64,000 nt of DNA, taken from the NCBI GenBank assembly GCA_965204535.1, contig CBDBEV010000001.1, positions 1,216,001 to 1,280,000 on the forward strand, written 5' to 3'. Below, piece by piece: positions 18,942 to 28,391 of this stretch. Made by a program: the position numbers and the translations under genes. The notes under the pieces are model-generated. The model was not told the origin of the DNA and ran no database searches. It was given only the letters and a program-made list of their open reading frames with translations. Every line of letters begins with the position of its first letter. Position 1 is the first letter of the stretch. Source of the DNA: a bacterium. Lineage in GTDB: Bacteria > UBA8248.

Positions 18942-20723
18942 GAGACTGTGAGAGTATTGGATTTCACAGTCTCCGGAACAGGGCTCGCTTACGCTTGCAG
19001 CCCGATGGCCGGACACTGTCTTCAACTTCGGGAGCAACAACACCGCAGAGCCGGGAGAGAAACGTCTCGGCGGCCGGTCAGCTCGGGGTCGCGGTCAAGT
19101 CCTCGAAGAATCGGCTTCAAGTTCACACGCCATTCGTCCCCAACCGCTGTTTTTGCAGACAATGCTCCACAAATGCAGCTCCGCCCAGCACACGCATGAC
19201 CCGCTTGAAGTTGTAACCCAGCGTCATCAGGCTGAATTCGCCGCGGCATTTGCCGAGTCCGCGCATCACAAAATGATCCATCCCCGCCCAGCGCTTGATC
19301 GTACCGAATGGATGTTCGACGAGTGTGCTTCGCCCGCGCATCAATGGCACACGGGCGTTCATCTTCTTGCGATGCCGGTCCACCACGTCCTCATGCTCCC
19401 AGCGTTGTATCCTGCGCGTCGATCTCGACTTTGTCAGGCATCGGCCCGACAACGAACAGTCCCGGCAAACCGCCGCCGTCCCGCGATAAAAGTAATACAG
19501 CCTGCCCCTGACGGTGGTCGTGCCGCCTCGAACCAGACGCTCTCCGGCCGGACAGACATACGTGTCATCCTGCGCATCGTAACGGAATTCATCGCTGCCG
19601 AATCGTCCGTCCTTGCCCTTGCGGGCCGTCTGGTTCGGTATCGGAACATACACCTCCATTCCCTTGTCTTCGCAACTCTTCAACTGTGCGCCGTTGAAGT
19701 AGCCCGAATCCGCCAGGCCGACCAGGCGTTCGCTGCCCATGGCTTCGCCGGCTTTCGTCATCATCGGCTCCAACTGAGCGGAGTCATTGCCGTCCTGCAC
19801 CACATCCTCCGCGACAATCAGCTTGTGCTTGTCGTCCACCGCGATCTGGCAGTTGTATCCGCCCACCATTATATCGCCGTTCCTCAGAAGTCGAGCATCT
19901 GCATCGACCCCCGATACCTGACGCTCTCCGCTTTCCTGCAAATGCTCTTGCAGTGCCTTCTTCTTTTGTTGCCTCTCGATCAAGGCCTTGAGCTTCACCG
20001 GCAGGTCCGGATCCTCCGAACCGTCCCCACACTCCTCCCCGCGCGCATCCGCCTCGTCCAACTGCCGGTGATACGCCGCAATCCTCTTCTCCAAACGCCT
20101 CAGGTCCCTTGCCAGGGACCGCTTGGTTTGGAAGCTGTCCAGGTTCGCATCGGCCTTCAAAAAAGTCCCGTCGACCGCCACCCGGCTGCCGCCCAGCAGC
20201 GAGAGTTCGCGGCACAGCAGCACGAACTCCCGGTTGGCCTCCTGCAGCGCAGCCACATTGTTCTTGCGAAAATCCGCAATCGTCTTGTAGCTCGGCGTCG
20301 CACCCTGGCACAGCCAGATCACTTCCAGATTGCGCCGCGTCTCCGCTTCGAGACGGCGCGAACTCCGTACCCGGTGCTGGTAGCCGTACAGATACAGCTT
20401 CAGCAGCAGCGCCGGGTCGAAAGCCGGCTGACCGGCGCCGCAGTTCGCTTCGGCATGCGCGAACCCCAGCGCCTCCAGGTCCAGCGTGCCGACGAACGCA
20501 TCGATCGCGCGCACCGCATTGTGCTCGGACACGTAGTCGTCCAGACACGGCGGAAGCAGCATCATCTGGCTTCGGGACTGCACCTCCTGATAACGTCTCT
20601 CGGACATGGTGGTGACCCTTTATGTGGTTATCTCACTCACCGGTAAAGATAGCATGTACAGACAACCCGGGCATCGCTCGCCAGCGTCACCCACCAGAAT
20701 CGTGGGAATACTTTCACAGTCTC
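18942..20723 (-). mobile_element. Nested IS1182-family element (different subgroup)
   Basis: TIR GAGACTGTGAGAGTATT/AATACTTTCACAGTCTC; 10-bp direct repeat CACCACCGCG at 18932-18941 and 20724-20733. Confidence 0.92.
19123..20607 (-). CDS. IS1182-family transposase (intact)
   Basis: LLKLYLYGY, RSSRRLE, PSYKTIADFR, VDGTFLKA, LADSGY, VEHPFGTIK and YNFKR motifs. Confidence 0.93.
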   Translation of the reverse strand: MSERRYQEVQSRSQMMLLPPCLDDYVSEHNAVRAIDAFVGTLDLEALGFAHAEANCGAGQPAFDPALLLKLYLYGYQHRVRSSRRLEAETRRNLEVIWLCQGATPSYKTIADFRKNNVAALQEANREFVLLCRELSLLGGSRVAVDGTFLKADANLDSFQTKRSLARDLRRLEKRIAAYHRQLDEADARGEECGDGSEDPDLPVKLKALIERQQKKKALQEHLQESGERQVSGVDADARLLRNGDIMVGGYNCQIAVDDKHKLIVAEDVVQDGNDSAQLEPMMTKAGEAMGSERLVGLADSGYFNGAQLKSCEDKGMEVYVPIPNQTARKGKDGRFGSDEFRYDAQDDTYVCPAGERLVRGGTTTVRGRLYYFYRGTAAVCRDCSLSGRCLTKSRSTRRIQRWEHEDVVDRHRKKMNARVPLMRGRSTLVEHPFGTIKRWAGMDHFVMRGLGKCRGEFSLMTLGYNFKRVMRVLGGAAFVEHCLQKQRLGTNGV

Positions 20724-21757
20724 CACCACCGCGGGCGCGCGACCCGTGAGCTCGCAAACCGCATCCAGCTGCGGCTCCATCATCTCCCGCTCGTTCAACG
20801 TCCCCGCCGTCACCTCTACGTCGAGGACAACGCCCCGCTCGTCGTCCACCACCGCGTGGTGCTTGTAGCTCGGCTCGAACCCCGCCCGAGCGCTCTTGCG
20901 CGCCAGGCGCGCGTCGGGGTCCGTTCGGCTCACCGGACCCGAACCCCCGCCGCCGCCCTTCTTCCCCGCCTCATCCGCCGAGTCGTTCTCCCGCACCACC
21001 TTCTCCGCGTGGCGCGCCGCCAGACTCTCCCAGCTCACGTCCGCACGTATCAAAGACGCGTCCATGTGAACCACTTCCCCCTTCGCCACCTGCGCCTCCA
21101 GGCACGCCTGAACCGTGCGGCGCAATATCTCCTTGAACCGCGCCTCCCCCCAGCGCTGGCGAATCCGCGTCAGGCTTGAATGATCCGGCAACTCCTCGTG
21201 CAGCTCGTAACCGATGAACCACCGGATCGCCAGGTTCACCTGCGCCTCGCGAAGCAGATGCCGGTCGTGCACGTGGCCCAGCAGCAGGCCCGCCAGCATC
21301 AACCGCACCACCACTTCCGGGTCGATCCCCGGTCGACCGTTGTCCGCGCAATAGCACCCCGCCACTTCCTCGCGCAGCCAGCTCAAATCCAGTACGCGGT
21401 TCACCCGGAACAATATGTAATCTTCGGGAATCAACTGCTCCAGCGAACCGGCCACGAACAATTCCATCTGCCCGCGCCTCTTGCGGTCCAACATCGGGGA
21501 ATCTCCCATCTCGGGCGAGGGGGGATAACTCCATACGATCACAAAACCAGGGGTTTTTCAACAGGCCCTATCAGGGGGGCCTTTTTTTTCTTTTCTTACC
21601 CCCCCTTGCCGGGGTGTTGCTCTTTCAGTCGGGGGGTGTTGCCTTTTTCTTTTTCATGCCCCCCCTCGCCATGAACCTCCTCGTCGGGGTCTTGCCTTTT
21701 TATACCCCCCTGTCAAGGGGGGGGTAGGGGGGGTTCGTTTTTGAAGTCCTCCCGCCC

Positions 21758-22783
21758 CTACGGTTGATACGCCCGGTGCACGGCGCGGCTGGCGCCGTTC
21801 CAGCCGGGCATCACCGCGCCGAGCGGCCCGTTGCCGCCCGCGACGATGAGGTGCAGGTCTTCGGGCTCGTTGACGACGCGGACGAAGAAATCGTCGTCGT
21901 CCCTGTCCACCGGGTACTCCCACCGACCGTTCGGCCTGTCCGCCCGCCAGGGGCCGCCGCGCTTGAGCTCGCCCACCGTGCGCCCCGCGTTCTCGGAGAC
22001 GTAGGCGTGCACGTCCGCGCGCGAGAAGCCGGCCCGCGCGCACAGGCGGGCGTGTTCGGGGGAGAGGACGAGCACGGTGTCGGACCTCACCCAGATGGGC
22101 CACGAACCCATCGCCGCCATGTTGTCCATGTGGGAGACGAGCAGGCGCTCGGGGTCGCGGTCCACGTCGTTGAAGACGATGTGGGGGTTCTCCACCATGA
22201 CGGCGGTGATGACGTCCTCCTCCACGCCGTAGCCGCGCGAGACGGCGAGCGACTCCCAGGGGCTGTCTTCTTCGTTCTCGGCGACGCAGAAGGTGAAGCG
22301 CGAGGGCTGGCTGTAGATGCTCATGCACGCGACGCGCGCGATTCCGCCGCCCAGGTTCAGGAGCAGGAGCCTGACCGCGCGCCCGATGGTGGCGTTCGCC
22401 CGAAAGCCGGGGCCGAAGCAGCCCTGCCCGCCCGTGACGCCGATCCTCCGCGCATAGGGGCCGTTCAGGATGAGGAGGGGCGCCACGCTGTGCATGGTGG
22501 CCTGCACGCCGCGCAGGTTGAGCGGCTCCTCCACGATGAGTTCGAGCGCGGCGATGACGACGGGGAGGTATTCGGGCTTGCAGCCGGCCATGACGGCGTG
22601 GGCGGCGACGTCGCGCACGGTGGCGACCTCGTCCAGCGGCGGGACGGGGGTCACGGCCTCGTCGGGTGCGCGCGACGTGCCCGCCAGCATGCGCTCGATG
22701 CGGTCTTCGGTGGGCGTGACGACGGGCAGGCCGTCCGACCAGGGTTTCTCCAGGAAAAATTCGAATTCGTCCATCTCGTTCAT
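21758..22783 (-). CDS. Conserved hypothetical protein (WSDGLPVVTPT family), paralog 1
   Basis: WSDGLPVVTPT, AVMAGCKPEYLPVV, FRANATIGRA and ENEEDSPW motifs; clear paralog at 48726-49757. Confidence 0.75.
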   Translation of the reverse strand: MNEMDEFEFFLEKPWSDGLPVVTPTEDRIERMLAGTSRAPDEAVTPVPPLDEVATVRDVAAHAVMAGCKPEYLPVVIAALELIVEEPLNLRGVQATMHSVAPLLILNGPYARRIGVTGGQGCFGPGFRANATIGRAVRLLLLNLGGGIARVACMSIYSQPSRFTFCVAENEEDSPWESLAVSRGYGVEEDVITAVMVENPHIVFNDVDRDPERLLVSHMDNMAAMGSWPIWVRSDTVLVLSPEHARLCARAGFSRADVHAYVSENAGRTVGELKRGGPWRADRPNGRWEYPVDRDDDDFFVRVVNEPEDLHLIVAGGNGPLGAVMPGWNGASRAVHRAYQP

Positions 22784-22906
22784 GGGGGGTTCTCCGGGTG
22801 GGTGGTTATACGGCAAAGAGATTCGGTGGTTGCGTTTTTCTGAGCCTACCACGGCGGGGGTTGTCGATCATGGGGGGCCGCCCCTGCAATCTTTATTTGG
22901 GCGCAC

Positions 22907-23052
22907 CGTAGGGACAACCCCCCGTGGTTGTCCCTTGCAGGACGGGATCCTCGGACAGGCACGGGGGCCTCGGACAGGCGAAGGGGCCTGTCCGCTACGG
23001 CCCCGTGAACCGGGATGCGCACCCGTAGGGGTCAGACATATATGTCTGACCC
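22907..23052. repeat. GTAG-type REP-like palindromes (family C)
   Basis: GTAGGG-headed palindromes; others at about 13034-13093, 24130-24334, 24495-24521, 37138-37224, 41965-41990, 42220-42246, 43094-43120 and 51611-51818. Confidence 0.8.
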
Positions 23053-23079
23053 TGTGTCCGCCCGCCTTTGTTTTTGATC

Positions 23080-23217
23080 GTCATTCCGGCGAATGCCGGA
23101 ATCCAGGGAATTTGCCTTTTGTTTTTTGCCGTCATGTCGTTCCAATCGGAAAGGAAATGGAAAATCATAATATCTCCACCCCGATCCGCTCTGGATTCCG
23201 GCATTCGCCGGAATGAC
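23080..23217. repeat. REP-like family D doublet (GTCATTCCGGCGAATGCCGGAATCCAG and its inverse)
   Basis: Inverted copies at 23080-23106 and 23191-23217; relatives at about 37091, 42009, 42150 and 51660. Confidence 0.85.
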
Positions 23218-23703
23218 GGCCAAAGGCAAAACCGAGTAGAGAAGGCAATCACTCCCCCCTTGGGGGGTAAACCCGACCGACGAGAAAAGGATCAACTCCC
23301 CCCTTGAGGGTCTGGCTTCCCGAGGGGAAAGCCAGACGGTGAGGTGAGGGGGGTTTTGCCCGAAACCGAACCGGTGGGGGGAGTTTTTAATTTAGAATCG
23401 TCCCCCCACCGAATCGGCCTTCGCACAAACCGCTCAGCCTCTTTGACTCCCCCTCAAGGGGGGAGTTGATCCTTTTCTTCTCGGTTGCCAATGATCCTCA
23501 AGGGGGGAGTTGACCTTTTTTTCGTCGGTTGAAAAATGACCCTCAAAAGGGGAGTTGATCGTTCTTCTCCTTGGTCGGCACTTCCTCCTCCATCGGGCCT
23601 TCTTTTTTTATACCCCCTTGCCGGGGTGTTGCCTTTTCATACCCCCCTGTCAAGGGGGGGTAGGGGGGGTTGGTTTTCATGCAGAGCGACGTTTCCCCGA
23701 CCC

Positions 23704-24087
23704 TCACCCCTCATGCTTCTCAATCGCGCGCTTCGCCGCCGCGAGGGCGTGGTTCGTCTTCGGGAAGCCGATGTAGGGGCAGAGCGAGACGATGCCCTCG
23801 ATGAGTTCCTCAGGCCTCAAGCCCTGGTTCAGCACGCCGCGCGAGTGGATTTCCACCTCGCCGGATAAATCCTGCGCGGCGGCGGCGGCGACGATCATCA
23901 TCTCGCGCGTCCTGTTGTCGAGCAGGGGCTGGCTCCAGCAGGTGCCGAAGACGTACTCGACGATGGCGCGGGTGTGCGCGGGCGCCAGTTCGTTCATCTC
24001 GGTGAACGTGCCCGCGAGGCCGTCCTCGCCGTAGATGCCGAGTGATTTGCGTACCGCGAGTCCCCGCTCGTAGCGTTCCTCGTTCAT
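23704..24087 (-). CDS. Carboxymuconolactone decarboxylase family protein
   Basis: RYERGLAVR, EYVFGTCWSQPLLDNRTREM and PYIGFP motifs. Confidence 0.85.
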   Translation of the reverse strand: MNEERYERGLAVRKSLGIYGEDGLAGTFTEMNELAPAHTRAIVEYVFGTCWSQPLLDNRTREMMIVAAAAAQDLSGEVEIHSRGVLNQGLRPEELIEGIVSLCPYIGFPKTNHALAAAKRAIEKHEG

Positions 24088-24538
24088 GGGTTTCTCCTTT
24101 ATATAAGGTGGCGGTGGATGATGGTGGTCGTAGGGACAGGCCCCTGTGCCTGTCCTGCCTTTTTTGTACGACATGGGACGACCACGGGGGGTTTGTCCCT
24201 ACAATTCGTTTCGCAATTTTTGTGTAGGGGCCGCATACATGCGGCCCTGGTTTTGTATCCACGGGGCGGGTCGCATATATGCGACCCCTACAAAGGCGCG
24301 CGATTGTTGTGTAGGGACAGGTCGCGACCTGTCCGGTTTGGTTCGTCAAAAGAGCAACCCCCCCTACCCCCCCCTTGTCAGGGGGGTATAAAAAGGCGAT
24401 GCGCCCCGCCGGGACGGGGGGTTTTGATTTTTCTTGCCCCCCTGTTAAGGGGGGGTAGGGGGGGTTGGTTTTCGAGGCGAACGGGCGGACACGCAGTCAG
24501 ACATATATGTCTGACCCCTACAAAATCACCCCCTCTCC

Positions 24539-24928
24539 TCACCCCCCGTCCCCCGGTATCGCGCCCGGCCGCGTCACGATGAAGCAGACCACGCACGCGC
24601 AGACGGCGGCGAGCAGAATCTTCGCGTACCCCGGCGCGCTCATGAGGTATATGGACGGCCCCGCCAGAAGGACGATGAGCGAGACGGATGTCCACTTCGC
24701 CCGGGGGCGGATGACGCCGTGGCGCTGCCAGTTCGTGATCAAGGGGCCGTAGAGCCTGTGGCCGAGCAGCCAGGCGTGGAGGCGTTCGGAACTCTTCGAG
24801 AAGGCGAACGCCGCCAGGAGGATGAAGGGCGTCGTCGGCAGGACGGGCAGCAGCAGGCCGATGAAGCCGAGCGCGAGGCAGACGCAGCCCAGCGTCAGAA
24901 AAAATGGACGAGAAATCTTCCGCCACAT
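24539..24928 (-). CDS. ybaN: YbaN/DUF454 family inner-membrane protein
   Basis: LGFIGLLLPVLPTTPFILLAAFAFSKSSERLHAWLL signature. Confidence 0.88.
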   Translation of the reverse strand: MWRKISRPFFLTLGCVCLALGFIGLLLPVLPTTPFILLAAFAFSKSSERLHAWLLGHRLYGPLITNWQRHGVIRPRAKWTSVSLIVLLAGPSIYLMSAPGYAKILLAAVCACVVCFIVTRPGAIPGDGG

Positions 24929-25681
24929 GAACGCTCGTTCTCCCGGGCGGGGGTTGTCGGGAATGCCCCTGAAAGGGTAACGGCAACCCCCCGGAAAGGG
25001 AAACCCCATACGGCAACCCCCCCCTTGATAGGGGATCAAGGACAGCTCCTCCTCGGGGCTGTCCTGCCCCCTCGTCTTTTTTGTTCCCCCCTGGAGGGGA
25101 GTTGTTGAAAAAGTTTTTTTCAAAGCAGTAACCCCCCCTACCCCCCCTTAACAGGGGGGTATAAAAGGCAAGCCCCGCAAAAAAGAATCAACTCCCCCCT
25201 TGAGTGTTTTTGCCAACCAACGAGAGAAGAATTTCACTCCCCCCTTGAGGGTCATCCCTTCACGCGCGAGATATACAATCAACTCCCCCCTTGAGGGGGA
25301 GTCGAAGAGGCCGAGCGGTTTGTGCGAAGGCCGATGTGGTGGGGGGACGGTTCTAAATTAAAAGCTCCCCCCACCGGCGCGACTTCGGGCTTCGCCCTCG
25401 TCTTGCCGTCTGGCTTTCCCCTCGGGAAGCCAGACCCTCAAGGGGGGAGTTGATCCTTGTTTGTGGGTGTTGCTTTTTTCTTTTTCATACCCCCCTGTTA
25501 AGGGGGGGTAGGGGGGGTTGGTTTTCAGGTCAAGGGGGGAGTGAATCCCTTCTCTACTCGGTCGCGATTGACCCCCGAAGCGGCACCCCCCCGCAACGCC
25601 TGGGACGGCTCGGCATTCGGCGGGCAGTGTACTAGAATGGGCGGACGCCACCTCTTTATATACCTCTCTGATGGAGACGAC

Positions 25682-27388
25682 ATGTCCGTTCGCGAATCCG
25701 TAGACGCCGATTCCCTGTGGAAAAATCTCGAAAACATCTGCCGCTGGGAGCGCTACACCGGCACCGAGGGCGAGAATGAGGCGGTGCGCTATATCGAGGC
25801 GGAACTCACCGCGCTCGGGATAGACGTGGCTGTCCACGCGTTCGATTCGCTCATCAGCATCCCCGGCGAGACGACGCTCGAAATGACGGGAGAAGGGGGC
25901 GGGACGATCCGCGCCATCAGCGCGGTGTTCGGCGCGTCCACGGGAGCGGCCGGCGTGCGGGGCCAGGCGGTCCATGTCGGCGAGGCCGGCCCGCCCGACA
26001 CGCCGTTCGGCGATCCTTTCTATACGGGCGCAACCGGCGAAGCCCCCGTGGCGGGGCGCGTCGTCGTGGCCGAGGGGATGGTGAGTCCGGGCCGGTTCCA
26101 TCACTTCGAGCGGCGCGGCGCCCTCGCGCAGGTCTACGTCAACAGGGGCAACGCGCACGAGCTGACCGTCTCGACCATCTGGGGCGCGCCGACGCCCGAG
26201 AGCATCGCGCGGCTGCCGGGGACGCCCGTCGTCACGCTCTCGCGCGGGCAGGGGGCTGCGCTTCTGGAGCGGCTCCGGGCGCGGGAGGAGGTCGAACTCC
26301 TCATCCACGTGGAGATGGACACCGCCTGGCGGGAGACCCTGATGCCGGTGGCGAGCATCGCGCCGGAGAACGGGAGTGAGGAATACGTCCTCGTCGGCGG
26401 GCACATCGACTCCTGGCACATCGGGGCGAACGACAACGCGGCGGGCGACGCGACGTTGATGGAGCTTGCGCGCGTCGCGCACGGGGCGAGGGGCGAGCTT
26501 CGCCGCGGCTTAAAGGTCGCCTGGTGGAACGGGCACTCGCACGGGCGCTTCTCGGGCTCCACCTGGTATGCGGACCACATGTTCGGCGAGTTGCGCCGGA
26601 ACTGCGCAGCGTACTTGAACATCGACCAGCCCGGCTGCATCGGCGCCACGCTCTACCGCCCGTTCTGCACGGCGGACGTGCGCGACTGGGTGCGGGACGC
26701 CGTGGAGCGTCTGGGCGGTCAGGACACGCAGCCCGATCATCCCCGCAAGATGGCCGACCAGTCGCTGTGGGGGGTGGGCGTGCCCTCGTTCTCCTTCCTG
26801 CCCGTCCTCCCGCCCGGCCACCCCGATTTGAGAAAAGATCACCCCGGCGACGGCTTCCCCGAGTACTGGCACCACCCCGCCGACACGCTGGACAAGATGG
26901 ATAAAGACTTGCTCGCCGAGCACTGCCGCCTCTACGCGGCGGCGCTGCACGAGCTTTGCGCGCTCGAGCGCGTGCCGCTGAACCCCGCCGCGACGGCCGC
27001 CGTCGTGAATGAAGAAATCGACAGACTCTCCGAATCGGGAGGCGAAGCCGTGGACCTGGGCGACCTCAGCGCGGCGGGGGCGCGCTTCGCCAGGGCGTGC
27101 GCGGCGCTGAACGAGAAGCTGGCGGGCATGGACGCCGCGGCCGCCAACCGCGCCCTCCTCGACATGAGCCACGCGGTCAATCCCGTGCTCTACACCCTGG
27201 CGGGGCCGTTCGACCACGACCCGGCGAGCGGCGCGTTCCGGATGCCGGGGCTCCAGTGCATCGCCCACTACGCCGGGCGGGGGCACGGGAGCGATGCGGG
27301 GAAGGTCATCTACACGCGGGTGGTGCGCGAGAAGAACCGCGTCGTCGCCGGCCTCGACGCGGCCAGCGCCATCGCGGAGTCGGCCTAG
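25682..27388 (+). CDS. M28 family peptidase (PA domain)
   Basis: GGHIDSW, GANDNAAG, WWNGHSHGR, YLNID and YWHHPADTLD motifs. Confidence 0.85.
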   Translation: MSVRESVDADSLWKNLENICRWERYTGTEGENEAVRYIEAELTALGIDVAVHAFDSLISIPGETTLEMTGEGGGTIRAISAVFGASTGAAGVRGQAVHVGEAGPPDTPFGDPFYTGATGEAPVAGRVVVAEGMVSPGRFHHFERRGALAQVYVNRGNAHELTVSTIWGAPTPESIARLPGTPVVTLSRGQGAALLERLRAREEVELLIHVEMDTAWRETLMPVASIAPENGSEEYVLVGGHIDSWHIGANDNAAGDATLMELARVAHGARGELRRGLKVAWWNGHSHGRFSGSTWYADHMFGELRRNCAAYLNIDQPGCIGATLYRPFCTADVRDWVRDAVERLGGQDTQPDHPRKMADQSLWGVGVPSFSFLPVLPPGHPDLRKDHPGDGFPEYWHHPADTLDKMDKDLLAEHCRLYAAALHELCALERVPLNPAATAAVVNEEIDRLSESGGEAVDLGDLSAAGARFARACAALNEKLAGMDAAAANRALLDMSHAVNPVLYTLAGPFDHDPASGAFRMPGLQCIAHYAGRGHGSDAGKVIYTRVVREKNRVVAGLDAASAIAESA

Positions 27389-27754
27389 GCCGCCGCGCCT
27401 TCGGGGGGTTGCTGGAAAAGCCCGAGGAGAGAGGAATCAACTCCCCCCTTGAGGGGGAGTCGAAGAGGCCGAGCGTTTTATGCGAAGGCTGATGCGGTGG
27501 GGGGTAAAATACGTTTTATGGCCAGTCCGAATTATCCCCCCCACCGGTTCGGTTTCGGGCAAAACCCCCTCACCTCACCGTCTGGCTTTCCCCTCGGGAA
27601 GCCAGACCCTCAAGGGGGGAGTTGATTGTTGAGCGCTCTACAGGGGGGGGCTCTTTCATGCCCCTCTGACAAGGGGGGGTAGGGGGGGTTGGTTTTTCGG
27701 TCGAGCGGGGCGCCCCCTCCATCCCCGAAAAAGGGGATTTTTTCAACAACCCCC

Positions 27755-28330
27755 TCACGCCAAGTCCGCGAAAGGCCCCGGGTCCGCCTCCAGCCCGAGA
27801 TAATTTACGCGTATGTGGTTCCACAGGGCGAGCTTCCCCCAGTCGGGGGTTTCGAGGACGCGGTAGCGCGCGTCGAAATAGGGGTTGGGGAGGTAGAAGG
27901 TCGTCATCTGCTCGTCGCGCCCGTTCATGAGCGCCAGCGAATAGCTCACCGGCGCGTGGCCCGCGACGGGGGGGTTCTGGTAGATGCGGAGCAGCGTCGC
28001 CCGCGCGCACCTGCGCCACCGCGCCAGCTCGGGCGGGCAGGGGTGCCGCGCGTCGCCCCGGTGTTCGCCGATGCACAGGTGGAAGTGCCAGTCGCCGAGG
28101 TCGACGGTGAGGTAGCCGTCCAGGTAGCTGATCTTCCGCGGCGGGGCCTTCACGCGGCACTCGAACACGGCCCCCTGGATGCACGGGCCGAAGACGAGCG
28201 ATTCGTAGTGGTTCTCGAACAGGTCGCGCAGGAGGGTTTCGAGGAGTTCGCGCGTGGGCCGGAACTCCCAGACGGATTGTCGGCTCCCGTCCGCGCCTGT
28301 CTCTTCGCGGTACTCCACGTCTGGCTTCAT
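27755..28330 (-). CDS. Conserved hypothetical protein, last gene of the corrinoid uptake operon
   Basis: FGPCIQGAVFE, DGYLTV, WHFHLCIG and LPNPY motifs; co-oriented with tonB and the btu genes. Confidence 0.75.
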   Translation of the reverse strand: MKPDVEYREETGADGSRQSVWEFRPTRELLETLLRDLFENHYESLVFGPCIQGAVFECRVKAPPRKISYLDGYLTVDLGDWHFHLCIGEHRGDARHPCPPELARWRRCARATLLRIYQNPPVAGHAPVSYSLALMNGRDEQMTTFYLPNPYFDARYRVLETPDWGKLALWNHIRVNYLGLEADPGPFADLA

Positions 28331-28391
28331 GAGCAACCCCGTTTGCGGCTCGCGCCGCCCGCATGGCGAGGCCCGGGCGGCTCTTAAAGCG

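Larger units (their letters stand above)
18305..21494 (-). pseudogene. IS1182 transposase split into N-part (21494-20724) and C-part (18941-18305)
   Basis: Both halves align to the intact transposase; the break lies in APAVV|TADSGY. Confidence 0.9.
18261..21568 (-). mobile_element. Second IS1182 isoform (related to 16016-17531), inserted in a REP-A-like hairpin and interrupted by a nested IS
   Basis: TIRs GGGGCTGTTGAAAAA (18261) and TTTTTCAACAGGCCC (21554-21568); direct repeat TATCAG at 18255-18260 and 21569-21574. Confidence 0.9.

Noticed and set aside
16016-21568. Single composite transposon insertion carrying DUF559
   Set aside because: Each IS has its own duplication (GACAA, TATCAG), so they inserted independently; later joint mobilisation remains possible
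22860-25550. Possible CRISPR array
   Set aside because: Repeats are inverted doublets with irregular spacing, not direct repeats with uniform unique spacers, and no cas gene is in the window
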